Shown piece after piece: positions 12,074-25,275 of a DNA stretch of 64,000 nucleotides (the first letter of the stretch is position 1; the number at the start of each line of letters is the position of its first letter). Both the position numbers and the translations under genes were made by a program. The notes below the pieces were generated by a model, which was not told the DNA's origin, searched no databases, and saw only the letters and a list, made by a program, of their open reading frames with translations. The stretch comes from Lingula anatina (Eukaryota > Animalia > Brachiopoda), in NCBI GenBank assembly GCA_051362555.1, contig CM120649.1, positions 9,548,001-9,612,000 on the forward strand, read 5' to 3'.

Positions 12074-15000
12074 ATGGCGAGTATTAAAATAGGGTGCATG
12101 AACTGCAGGGGGTTGAGCTCAGATCAAGTAAAAAGGAGAGACTTTTTTGCCAAGTGTAGGAAACAATATGACGTAGCCCTTGCTAATAGATACACCCAGT
12201 GAGAAAAATGCCGAAGATATGTGGAGAAATGAATGGGGTGGAAATGTAATTTTTAGTTCATTCTCTTCAAAAAGCAGGGGAGTAATGGTGCTTCTCCGAA
12301 ATTCGTTTCAATATGAAATACACAGTAAGATATTAGATCCTGAGGGGAACTTTGTCATCATGGACATAACTGTACAAGAAACGCGCCTTTCGCTCGCGGC
12401 AATTTATGGACCTAACACTGACTCACCGGAATTTTTCAAAAACATCGAACGGAAACTAAGCACACTTGGAAATACTACGATTATTATCGCTGGTGACTGG
12501 AATGTTCCGCTTGATTACTTAAGGGACACTGAAATTACATGAATAAAAATAATGAAAAGTCTAATAAAACTGTCCAATCACTAATGAATACTTTTGATTT
12601 GATTGATGCATGGAGAGAGCAACACCCTTATGAAAACAAATATACGTGGCATGGCCCTCATCACAAACAAAGTCGCCTAGATTACTTTCTTATCTCGGCC
12701 GACTTACAGCAATACTTAGTTGATTCTGACATTGATTTAGCATACCGCTCTGACCATTCACCAATATCAACAGAATTTAGATTTATTAATATCAGAAAAG
12801 AGGCAAAGGGACGTGGAAATTAAATAAGTCTATTGGGAGACCCAAACTACATCTTGCTAGTAAAAGAAACAATTACACAAGTCTTAAATGACTATAGAAC
12901 AGAAAACACTGTTGAATATCCAGAAACTTTGTATAGTATAAATGATCACTTGCTTTGGGAGATGTTGAAACTCAAAATAAGAGGCAACTCGATTCGATAT
13001 TCCACACAGAAAAAGAAAGAGAGAGAAAAAGCTGAAAAAGACCTAGAAGAAAGACTAAAAATCTTATATGCTGCAACTGGAACAAATTTGGATAAGGGTG
13101 AAATATTTAAGGTGGAATCAGAACTTAAAGAGTTAAGAGAATACAGAATAAAGGGTATAATAATGAGAACAAAAGCGAAGTGGAAAGTAGAGGGTGAAAA
13201 AAGTACGAAGTATTTCTGTAATTTGGAAAAACGAAACTATGTTGATAAAAGCATTCCTAAACTTATACTTAAAAATGGAACCAAAATTAAAGCAATTGAG
13301 GATATTGTCAATGAACAGAAAAGATACTATGCAGATTTATACTCCTCAAAAGGTACTAAAAACATTCTGACATTTTCTTTAACGATAAAAATCCCTATAT
13401 CACTAAACTCCCACGAGAAAATGAAAATATAGACGCGAACATCACAGAACAAGAATGCCTAGCCGCTTTGAAACAAATGCCAAATGGTAAATCTCCAGGA
13501 ATTGACGGTTTCACCGCTGAATTTTATAAGATGTTTTGGCCTGACATAAAACACTATTTACTACGATCGTTTCGATACTCATACGAAATACAAAGCATGT
13601 CCATATCTCAAAGACAAGGTCTGATAACATGTCTACCGAAGGGGGAGAAAAAGAAAGAATATTTAAATAATTGGAGACCTATAAGTTTATTAAACATCGA
13701 CTATAAAATTGCGTCCGCGTGTAACGCAAACAAAATAAAACCTTTTCTCAGTCGAATTATAAGTGAAACGCAGTTGGGATTTCTAAAAGGCCGATATATT
13801 GGGGAGTGCACTCGGTTGGTGAACGACTTGATAGAAAAAACTGAAAAAGAAAACATATCCTGAGTTTTACTTCTACTTGACATGGAAAAAGCTTTCGATT
13901 CTTTGGAATGGGTTTTCATTGAAAAACACTTCACTTTTATAATTTTGGGGAAAAAATAGTAAGATGGTTTAGAACACTATATAAGGATATTTCAAGTTCA
14001 ATTCAAAATAACGGACATTTGTCCAATTTCTTTGATATCAAAAGAGGAGTAAGACAAGGGGACCCTCTGTCCCCATATCTATTTATCTTATCATTGGAAT
14101 TACTCAGTTCGGCACTAAAGCATGAGCAAGAAATAAAAGGAATTACTATCGAGGGAAATGAATATCTACTAAGTCAGTACGCAAACGACACTACGGTTAT
14201 ATTAAGTGATGACAGAGTTTCGCTGGAAAAAACTATGGAGATCATAACCTTAGTTGCAGAATGTTCTGGACTACGCACCAATTTTAATAAAACTGAGGCA
14301 GTTTGGATTGGATCAAAAAGGGGGGAAAGGGAAACAATAAAAACCAAACTAGAACTAAAATGGAATCTTGAAGGAAAATTCAAGCTCCTAGGTATAAAAT
14401 ACGACTTGTCCAAAGAAGATATGTACCATGAAAACTTCTCTGAAAAACTTCATAAATACAAAAAAGTACTCGATGATTGGTCCTTTAGAACTTTATCCTT
14501 GATAGGTAAAATAGTAGTAGTACGAACGATTGCTATGCCACTGCTAATACAAATGCTCACAGTTTTACCAACTCCCGAGGAAATCTTCTTCAAGGAATTA
14601 GAAAAAATAACTTTTGCTTTTATTTGGGGAAGCGCAATTGATAAAGTAAAAAGATCAACCATGAAAAGAAATTACGAAGAGGGAGGACTGCGCGCTCCTG
14701 ACTTTAGGCTTTTAGCAAAATCCCTAAAAATTACGTGGGTAAAAAAGTATCTAAATGATAATCATAGCAGCGCATGGAAAGTACTTTTGAAGAAAAACCT
14801 AGAAAAAATTGGGGGAGCCGACGTAATTTTTGGTATCTCACGAAAAATGGCCTTTCACAAACAAAATTTATTTTCAATCCACTTTGGAAAAACGTTATTT
14901 CTGTATGGGCAGAATTACAAGATAGCCCCGCAGAGTCAACAAGCGACATTTTATCACAACCTATTTGGTATAACGAAAACGTGAGAATTAATGATGTCCC

Positions 15001-15732
15001 CTATTATTGGAAAAGGTGGTGTGATAAAGGTGTCTTTTTTATATGCGATTTGATGAATGCTTCAGGCGAGTTTTACACTATATATGAGATCAATGCAAAA
15101 TATCAATCTAACTTTAACTTTCTCGAACACTTAAGTATTATAAATTGTTCCTTAAAAAGACGTGCCCCAGATATCAGAATCGCTGGGAGTCCACTCTGCA
15201 TTACCATAGTGACGATGATATATGGGGGGCGATTTTTGGGGCACCGTTTGAACAAACCGACGATACTCGACTACAAGCCCTCCAGTTTAAAATTAACCAC
15301 AAGATTTTTTGTACAAATTCTTTTCTATACAAAAGCAAACGAAGGGAGTCAGCAGAATGTACCTTTTGTCATTTGTCAAAAGAAACACTGAAACACTTAT
15401 TTTGGGACTGTGTCCATGTGCAAAATATTTGGACATGTTTGATCAGAAGTTTGAAAAAACATTGCGGACTCACGATAGAAAGAAAACTAGAATATTTTGT
15501 ACTGGGTACTCTGAATAAGCAATTGCCCGGTATATATCTTGTCATCCTTCTAATCAAAAAATATATTACTCTCTGTAGGACAAAATTGGAAATCCCAAAC
15601 TGGAAAAGCACAAAAACATTTATAAAATCATATAGAGATATAGACATGTATTCCAATTATTTATGGACTGAGAAAAAAAGATTAGAAATCACAGAGAAAT
15701 GGGAGAACATGAAGCTAATTTTCGAAAATTAA
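12074..15732 (+). pseudogene. LINE ORF2 (APE endonuclease, reverse transcriptase, C-terminal CCHC), many frameshifts
   Basis: ATG at 12074 gives MASIKIGCMNCRGL. Further motifs: IYGPN, GDWN, SRLDYF, SDH, KSPGIDG, WRPISLLN, GVRQGDPLSP, QYANDT (YADD with D>N) and CTFC...HLFWDC, spread over at least 7 ORF pieces. Confidence 0.92.
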
Positions 15733-16195
15733 AACATGTGGGGTTTCCCATTCTGTCCATTAAAAATGTAATTTATATTAAGTCTACACTTTGTTTCTTT
15801 TTTCTTCACATTAGTATTTTTATATATCCATATATTTATTTTATTACGGCTAAAAAAAAAAAGCCTTGTATCTTAGACTTATTAGCCTATTGTCTACCTC
15901 TCTGTAAATAGTGGTTGTAAAAAGTGATAGTATACTACATTTTTATTTTTTATACCTAGATAGAAATGGCAAAGTCACAATGATAATACTATGTAGTTGC
16001 TCCAAATGTGAGAGGCATGTGTGCGTGTATGGGAGTGAGAGGTTTAGTTAATTATCCTAGTTATTATTTAGTGTATTTTTGGTATATTCTGGAAAAAAAA
16101 AAAAAAAAAACACTGTCGGGGGCTTGCGCACGTGCTCGTATGATGTAGACAGCGTGGGCTATTAAAGTGACCAGGGACTAAATAGCTACACGGTA

Positions 16196-18076
16196 TAGAG
16201 ACAGTCGGGCTGACGTCACGCACCTTAGCAACCGGCATCTGGGGTAAAACAAATCGGGCAACATGGCGGATCGCATTGACTTCTATGTAAAAGTTGGCAG
16301 ACTTTGTCCGAAGATATCATACTTCACAGTGCCTGACCACTTGTCGATTTCATTTACAGGCCTTTGTAATTAGCCGCTGCACACCTGGTTAAGAGATAAA
16401 ATCGGCCTTAACATAACTGCTGATCGTTATCTGTGATCGGGAAGTTTACAGCAGAAGATTTTGCAAAGACAGTGCTTGACCTTTTGTGTCTGGCAGGTTG
16501 AATCATTTACCTGGACTATTGAGTTAGCAGGCCTTTGTAATAAGCTACTGTTTAACTTGTTACAGGATAAAATTGATCTCAACTGCATACACAAATGTCC
16601 ACCCTATGTATATACATGTACATAAGTTTGTGATATAGGAATGGCTTCTTAGAACGTGGATCGTGAGAAAGGCCTGGAAAATGTGCAACACTGAGAAGTT
16701 ATTAGAATAAGATTTCTACAAATTGTGATTAAATCACCTGCTGCTGCAATAGCCAGGGGAACGGGATAGGTGAAATGTCATCGGTCCCATGGCCTCTTTG
16801 GTCCGTATACAGTTCATGTATATTAATAAAAGCCTGAAAGGACAGCATAAACAGTTGCTTGCTAACGTTTTTGAAGAGAAGACACGTGGTGTTACCTGTA
16901 TTAATATTTGCAGCTATGCGTCTTTGAGTGTTTACAATCTTATTGTGCACTTTACTGGTACAAAAATTGGCGAAATATCTTGGAAGACAGAATTAAATGA
17001 ATAGCAAACACGGTAATAAAGCTGTATGTAATTTTACCAGTTAAGGTCGCTTTATTTATGGCAACTTTTTTATATTTTACTTGATAACTTAAAGATTTAG
17101 ACATTAACTGACAGGTTTGTTAATATATTGACGTATGTATTTTTTCTTATCTTTATAACACCCTCAATTAACTTACAACAAAAAAGTCCGACGTTATTGT
17201 CCATTAATTTTAACTAAAAGAATTGATATACCGTCACACGCCAACACAAGATGTAATCTCAATTTCTTGTAAATACTACTTATTAATTCATGTAACAAAT
17301 GACAAACATAAATACCAAACAAGGTACAATGATTTTCTCCTTATCTATGATAAAATGAACTATAGGCCTACACATATACACAAATCTCGTAGTGCATGTA
17401 TAGCTATGACCAAATTTTGTTTCGATCAACAATCCCATCTTTAGTCACGTTTACACGACCTATAGCCTGCAACAGTCATTTACTTTGCCGTTGATCTTTG
17501 AAATCTAACAAATCCCATAAGATTTTATTAATGTGTTGGTAGTGTCACCTGGTTGCACAGCAAGCTTCCACCATTTCAATTTTGTACGCGTGCCTGAGAG
17601 TTAAACTGTACTGGTTAAATTCATTAAGCTTGAAAATCTACCCGTCACATGTGTCAGCAATATGCAATGTCAACAGTTATTAGTAGAATTGAGACCTTCC
17701 TTGATATTATCAGTTGCTTCCACATGGTTTTCTTTTCAAAGAGATGTGAATAATATGCTCATCCAGGTAAGCAAATGAGTCTTTGCAATCTACCACTGTA
17801 AGATTCCCGATCACAGATAACGATCGGCAGTTAAGGCCGATTTTATCTCTTAACCGGGTTTGCAGCGGCTAATTACAAAAGCCTGTAAAGGAAATCAACC
17901 AGGTAAATAACTACACTTCACTGACACAAGTGGTCAGGAACTGTGAAGTATGATATCTTTGGACAAAGTCTGCCAACTTTTTCATAGAAGTCAATGCGAT
18001 CCGCCATGTTGCCCGATTTGTTTTACCCCAGATGCTGGTTGCTAAGGTAAAGTGCCCGGATGACCGACTGTCCCTA
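16196..18076. mobile_element. non-autonomous DNA transposon with ~270-bp TIRs, superfamily unassigned
   Basis: 16196-16460 is the reverse complement of ~17795-18076 (e.g. GGGCAACATGGCGGATCGCATTGACTTCTATG vs CATAGAAGTCAATGCGATCCGCCATGTTGCCC). Ends are TA|TAGAGAC...GTCCCTA|TA. Confidence 0.85.
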
Positions 18077-18077
18077 T

Positions 18078-18315
18078 ATGTACAGTTCACAATAGTGTTG
18101 ATGTCAACTTTGATAAAAGGTTATTAAAAGCACCCCGGGCACCTTTTTGTGTGTCACAAATGCATGTATTTTGCCATATTGCAACAAGAACCTATATTGA
18201 GGGTAAAAAAAAAAAAAAATTAATTAGCAACCCCAAATTCCAGAAGACGTTAGCTGGTAAAATGAACGTATACATACAGTTCACAAAAGCATGGATGTCA
18301 ACTATGATAAAGAGA
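18078..18315. repeat. dispersed copy of the 190-bp repeat (another at ~21465-21660)
   Basis: ACAGTTCAC..TAGTGTT..TGTCAACTTTGATAAAAGGTTATTAAAAGCACCC matches 652-705. Confidence 0.8.
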
Positions 18316-18820
18316 TACAGTTTTGTGCAGAGAAGATGACATTAGGGATATGCTTACTTCAAAAACTATTAAGTTGTCTTACGTACGCCCCTTAAGAGGA
18401 CAAAAGAATTGTCTGAAAATTTGTAAGCTAAGGACAATGCCGATTTACGTATATTTTACGGACATCTTAAGTACATCTTACGTACATCTTACACACATGC
18501 AGCGATGAGTAAGAAGGGGTGGGCTTATGTAAATAGGGTGACGGCGGGGTGTTTCTCGCCTTGCGGCAACACAACCATGTGTGAAAAGAGGCGTGATATA
18601 TGATCCCGCTTAATTGTGGGCTATTAAATCGTCCTCTGTTACGCTGCGACGCGACCCAAACATGACTTTGCCCTGGTTAGAATGGGACGTTTAAGAGTAA
18701 CTTACATTGATTTATTGATTTCTTGTAAAAAATCAATCCCAACAGAGACTACTAGGATGCCCAGTCAATCCTTACCTTCCCCAGCAGTTAGGCATGCGAT
18801 TCTTCTTTTAAAAGGTGTAA

Positions 18821-19650
18821 GGCATTTTTTTCAAACAACTTGTTTCTCAAGCTCCGCCGACTTTAAAATGGCCAAAAAAGAATAAAATAAATAAAATTGA
18901 AACCAAAAATAATTTTGTTTTTTTTCACCGACGTCCGACTGATTATAATGTTCAATTGGAATAACATAAACGCAAAAATTCTTTTTCAGGGTACTCTCAC
19001 GTCACATGACTGCCTACAAGTTGTAAACGAAGGCCATTTGTGCCAAGGTGAACGCTTGGTTCATTTCCTCGAGCTTCGGGTTTTTAAACCAATCAGTACT
19101 TCGTTGATATTTTACACTACACGTTCGACTACATGTGTCAAATTAATGCAAAATGGCAGGAAAGTGAGCTGGAGTAGCCATCTTGATTTAAGCAGGAATT
19201 TGACCACTGTTGTGTGGCTCAGTTTATAGTGAAGGAGGGACCAAAATTATTATTGCAAAATGGTCTGCCTGGCCAGTGTTACAGATGTTTTAGGCAATTT
19301 TATTGACTACTTTCTGTCGGAAATGAACATATCAGTTGCAACACTTGCATCACGTGTGGAGTCTTTAAACAGGGAACCAGCAGCGTAAAGAGCACAAAGC
19401 ATGTTTTTTTATTATTATTTTGTAATTTACAAGAATGATTGACATTTATTTAGAAAAATAAAACATTGAAAATAAATTGCTGTTTTTTGTCCAGAAATTG
19501 CTTTACTGTGTTTTAGTTTTTACCATTGTGTAATGTAGTGTTGAAAGTGAGTTACCTAAAGGTATTTTTCACTTTTTTTCACTATTTTTCACTTTTCACC
19601 CCATCCGACCTCTGTCAAAAATAAAAATTGTTTGAGAAAATAGTAATTAA
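18821..19650. mobile_element. short deletion derivative of the TAA-flanked TIR element at 28563-37178
   Basis: 18821-19372 aligns with 28563-29094, and ~19400-19650 aligns with ~36920-37168. Starts TAA|GGCA; the right tip is eroded. Confidence 0.75.
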
Positions 19651-22194
19651 GGCATGAATATCACTGTAAAACTACCTTTTTTAAACGCACAATTACAGGC
19701 CAGTCATTATCGGTGGGGGTGAGGGGGGGTATACGCTAAATCTATTGTATTACAATATATAGAGCCTGTGTCTGCTTTGACAAGAGTCAGTATGGTGTAC
19801 AATACTAGATAGTAAAGAGGTGCTAATAGTAATCCGTAATTATGCCGTTTCTGTAGCACATCCCACCCTCCTTGATTTTAGTTTGCTTACTAGTCGATAC
19901 CCTATTTAGCGCAGTCTAATTTTAAGAGTGTTGCCTTTTTTTTTACCTGTTTAAGCAACATCCAATCCTATGTAATGAACATCAAACTTACAGATCACAT
20001 CAACAACATAACAGTGTAAATCTTAACGGAACCTTCTTACTGTAATGTTTGAGTTAACTGGTGGTGGGTAGAGTCTTATTATTCAATGATGATAGTAATA
20101 ATTGTAGAAGTAGGGCTACATGTAGTCGCACAAAAGCACATTCCTTAATTCTGTGATCTATTCTAGGGTGTAGGTTTTCGTATATTTTTTAACTGTACCA
20201 TCAACTTACAAACTTTGGACAACTGGCGAGCAGACATCTCCGTGCTTTAGATTTCCTCTAGGGATGATAATTAATTTCACTGTTGTCAGGTGCTGGTCTC
20301 GTATCAGCAGTTGCCGCAGGGAGCGTGATTGAAATCAAACTTGGCATATCTTGAAAGTTTAAGTTGGACAAAAGAATTTCAGGTGACCCTTTCATGGGCG
20401 TAACTAGGCATACGCACGGATGCACTGTGCGTACAATTTTTTTGGCCAACCATGATATTATTTTATATAAATTTAGTGTATTTTTCACGGAATATATATC
20501 AAAAATCCTCTGCGAATTAAAGTCACCTGTATGTACAAATCCTCTGTATACGCACAATTATTCTGACCCCCCGTCTTGCATACTTTTATTCAATTGAGGT
20601 AAACAATGCCTGTTACCTTTACAAGTCCTATCTTAATCGTCCATCTAACTGGAACATCCTTTACCTCTTAATTGGAGGGTTAAGTGGCCTTCAACTCTCC
20701 TGTAGTCATGAGAGTAACGAACGCACTCTTGCTGGTGATATTTATCTCAGATAAAATCTACCTGTGTGTTATTTTCAAAGAGCAGCTCCCGTAGACCTGG
20801 GGGCACTAGATAAAATCTTGACACCAGGTTTAATAAGGAGATAGAGAAACAAAGGAAGAATTTTTCCTGTAAAGCTTCAAAGAATTTCACACGGACTTGA
20901 TCCAGTTTAGCCCTCCAAACTAATAGGGTGACATGGGCAATTTCCACAAACAAATAGTTAAACTTAGATGTATCAGAGCTCTATTGTGTCATATAATTGG
21001 TTGTTTTTGGGAGCCATGCATGAAAGCTGGATGAAACTGTAAATAAGTTCAACTCAGAGGAGGATCCAGCATTACTTGAAGAGGGGAGGGGGGTCCGCTG
21101 ATGCGAAGTTAGCCTCCTTTTAAATGAATATGCCGTTCTGGGTAAATAAAAATATTGAAACTTTATTAAATCCCGAGAATATTTTTGACTTAAATGATGA
21201 TTTTATTATTTAAAAATCTGTGTGTACAATTTTTAAAGGTCTGGTTACTCCCCTGCCTTTTAATCAGAGCTGCCACGTAAGCTAACAGTTTAATTACTGC
21301 AACGTAAAGGAAAATTGAGAGTTGCGATAAGATCACCTTCTTCAAGCCCGTAGCCAGGGGGGGTTCGGGGGGTTCGAAAGAACCGCCCCTTTTGCTGGTG
21401 TGCGATACGTAAGATTAGGGTTGTTTATCCGTATCCGTAATGCCATCTTCTCTGCACAAAACTGTATTAAAAGGCATTACGGGTGCATTTTTGTGTGTCA
21501 CAAATGCATGTGTGGTGCCATATTGCAACGAGAGCCTTTATTGAGAGTAGAAAATATTTATTTTCATCCTAAAGATCGCCCATATTTTAGCAAGTGGCAC
21601 GAATTTATACATTAGTATACAGCAGTGTTGATGTCATCTTTATTTAAAAGGCGAATAAAAAATCCCGGCCTAAAAGAAATGTCAGCGAGCCTAAGAAATC
21701 AAAGAGAAATTGCCTCATTTAAATTCTAGACATGATTGAATGTTTCATTATTGCGGCATCGCCGACTCATTTCTCACACAGAGAGAAAATTTCGACGCTA
21801 AAAATATTTTCCTATCGGATCATAGCTAAAAAAGGTAGGCTACACTACAATAATACAATTTTGAATGCTCATTTTACGGCAAAAAACAAGATTGCCTTTA
21901 CCACATATGGTAATTTGAATTCCTCCATGAACAAACATATCAAATTCTGACATAGCTTCCAAATTGATAGAACAAATTGTACTTATAATTAATCTCTATA
22001 AGTTTATTGTCTTATCCACCAGAAGGATTGCCTCACGTTATCGCAAACTACCTGCCCAAATGACACAAAAAGTCAATGACAACTGCAATATGCTCGCTAC
22101 TTGTACAGGAGCTGGCACTAAGCTGATTATCCTTTGATCTTGCTTCGCGTTTCATGTCCTTTTGTTATTATGTCCAAGCACTGTCGCCCAACCC

Positions 22195-22550
22195 TGTTGC
22201 CTTGAAAATATATAACTGAGTGGGATCTAAGTGAACCTTTTCCAAAATAATAATTTCTCAGGTATAACAATGGTCACAATGGGATTGAAGAGAATCGCCA
22301 GTGTAGCAATATCGTTATTGCACTGACCTTTGCTGATGATCTAAGGTTGAGATGAGTTCAGCTGATCAGAACACATACAGACTCATTCAATGTCACAACA
22401 GACAATGCACAGGCATCAGAATGTATACACAAAATTTTGTCTATATCAAGATTTTTGCTAAGTGCACAACTGCCTCCCATCCCCACCCAAATCTCAATAG
22501 TTCACATTAACCCTTAATTGTCACCTTGAGCATATCTAAAACTGAGTATG
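22195..22550. repeat. isolated copy of the ~500-bp satellite-like unit
   Basis: CCTTGAAAATATATAACTGAGTGGGATCTAAGTG...GGGATTGAAGAGAATCGCCAGTGTAGCAAT as at 37683-37806. Confidence 0.8.
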
Positions 22551-22863
22551 CATGATATAATGGCACAATATTACAGATATAGAGATTTTTCCCCTGGTCA
22601 TGTATGTGTTATGTTATGTTGTAATATTTTTAAAATGCTGGATAAGCTGATCACTTCTTTGTTTTGACAAAATTGTATTCTAAAGATAATACAACTTTCA
22701 AAATTGGCATAGAATTATTTAGTTCACCTATTTAAAATCAATTTTGAAGTTGTTTGAGTTTTTTTAAATAATTAATTCTCTATCTCTCTTACCACACCCT
22801 CCCACAGACAAGCTCTCACTCTCCCTCCACTCTCTCTCTTTCACACACTCACACACACACAAA

Positions 22864-23078
22864 GGGCATATTCCCATAGATTTTAGATCGATCTATCCCC
22901 GTGGGGAGTCTCACTAGATTACTGTCAGATAATCCGGCTTAAATGTCCGTCCCACCTACTACAAGCTGTAAGGGGGTAATTAACTTTCGTGCCCGCTTGC
23001 CTGACAGCTATTTAGCGTGAACCCTCAGGGAGTTAGGTCGATCTAGTTTGGATCGATCTGATCTCTGGGAATGGGGTC
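22864..23078. mobile_element. small MITE-like element inside CT/CA simple repeats
   Basis: Imperfect inverted ends GGCATATTCCCATAGAT..AGATCGATC and GATCGATCTGATCTCTGGGAATGGGGTC. TSD unclear. Confidence 0.45.
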
Positions 23079-23420
23079 TAACTCTCTCTCTCCTTCTCTC
23101 TCACACATTCACACAAACAGAAACACACATTGAGATTACGGTAATATGCCAAACAATTTGACCAAGATTAATTAATTAATTTCATGGAAATGTCAGTTTG
23201 GTCGAATTGATTAAAATACAGCAAATGGAAACCTTTGATATCGTCGGATTGTTAGGGGCATCTGCCAAAACGTCCATCTTTCCGGAAGTATTGCATTTTA
23301 CCGGAAGTGTTACGCAAGATAAGCCGCAATTTTCGCCTAACACGTGTTTCAGGCTTGTTTTATCCTCCTTTTAAAATCTTATTTTGCTGTGTATAATATG
23401 TGCTAACATTACTTAACATT

Positions 23421-25275
23421 AAACAAGGCAGCAAAGCTGTCAAATGTACAGACAAAGAACAGAAAATAAAGATGCAAACAAGTGAAAAATTAAATTTTCA
23501 CAAAAAACTGTTAAATTGCCACAAAAATTTACCAAACAGACTGCATTGCCATTGAAGCTGTATGTTAGACCCATGTTTCTTTCCTGTAAGTTTGATAACA
23601 GTAAGTGACATGATTTCCCTTAAATGGTCATCATAGGAGCAGTGCCCAAAATAGGAGTTTCTTCAAATTTTGATGCAACATTACATAATGTTTAACAGCA
23701 TAATGACAATCAAATGTTATTAATAAAATATTAGTAACATGGACATTCAGAAAATGTGACAAGCAAAAGTCTTCAAGATCATGGAACTTTAAAGTCACAC
23801 CTTGTAAATGCCAATATGTGAAAAATTAAATTTTCACAAAAAAACTGTTTAACTGCCAAAAAAAAAAAAATAAATAAATAAATAAAAATACCAAACAGAC
23901 TGCATTGCCTACTGAAGCTGTATTTTAGTCCCATGTTTCTTTCCTGTAAGTTTGAGAACAGTAAGTGACATGATTTTCCTTAAATGGTCATCATGGAAGC
24001 AGTGCCCAAAATAGGGGTTTCTTCAAATTTTGATGCAATATTACATAATGTTTAACAGCTTAATGACCATCAATTTTTAATTATAAAATATTTGTTTCAC
24101 AGATATTCAGAAAATGTGACTAGCAAAGGTCTTCAGGCCCATGGAACTTCAAAGTCACGCCTTGAAAATGCCAAAATGTAAACAAGACAGCACTGTTCTG
24201 AAATGGGTTTATTTCCATTTTTAACACTTTTTTAACATAAAACAAAATAAACATTTTACTGCCAATTTATATGACCAACTAAGAAAATTGATGAGATGGG
24301 AAAAGTATCAATAGAACAGTGTTAAATGTCCAATTTCCTCCATTCTGAGATTCTGAACATAGTGGATGATTGAATCTGACAAACTGCAATGATATGAGTT
24401 TATTTCCATTTTTGACACTTTATTACACAATACATGATAACAAATTTACCATGTTTTTTACATGATCAACTAACAATGTTGTAAAGATGCAGGAAATATC
24501 AAACAAACACTTTTAGGCATCTTATTAGTTAAATAATGAGACTGTTAACATGCCTAATAATTGAATCTGAGGAAATGTGAAAAACAGTATAACTTCTAAA
24601 ATAATGGCCCGATTATGCTGATTTTCGAACTCAACCTGTGTTTTAGTAAGATTGACCACCCCTGTGGGTATAATTACAATTGGCCAATCCGTTTTTCTTA
24701 TATTGTGTTATCAGTGTTGTATTTATATTGAAAATAGTGAAAAAACAGCATAAATTCCCTAAAAATGAACTTGACCTGCGTATTATGAATATTCATCAGT
24801 TCTGTAAGTTTCAAGTCAAAAGGTAAAATGGTTTTCCACTTATCGTGTTATCGGTGCTGCATATATGCTGAAAAAAGTGAAAAAACAGCATAAATTCCCT
24901 AAAAGTGACCCGATCATGCTGATTTTCGAACTTGACCTGCGTATTATGAATATTCATCAGTTCTGTAAGTTTCAAGTCAAAAGGTAAAATGGTTTTCCAC
25001 TTATCGTGTTATCGGTGCTGCATATATGCTGAAAAAAGTGAAAAAACAGCATAAATTCCCTAAAAGTGACCCGATCATGCTGATTTTCGAACTTGACCTG
25101 TGTATTATGAATATTCATCAGTTCTGCAAGTTTCAAGTCAAAAGGTAAAATGGTTTTCCACTTATCGGGTTATCGGTAAAAGTGCACGGCGACGACGGCG
25201 ACGATGGCGCCGACGGCGACGACAGACGCAGATGATGGCTATATGTACAGACACATCTGTGTCTGTACATAAAAA
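23421..25275 (-). mobile_element. Helentron-associated (HINE-like) element, copy 1, with ~161-bp tandem array
   Basis: One end is AAACAAGG-CAGC-AAA-GCTG (short hairpin) plus subTIR ATGTACAGACA. The other end has a GAC/GGC microsatellite and the palindrome ATGTACAGACACA-TC-TGTGTCTGTACAT followed by AAAAA. 161-bp period (24870 vs 25031) and ~336-bp subrepeats (23482 vs 23818). Confidence 0.8.

Larger units (their letters stand above)
10950..16110 (+). mobile_element. near full-length degraded L1/Tx1-clade LINE (5' boundary uncertain)
   Basis: ORF1 remnant, ~300-bp spacer, APE-RT-zinc finger ORF2, 3' UTR and poly(A) at 16093-16110. No TSD found. Confidence 0.9.
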
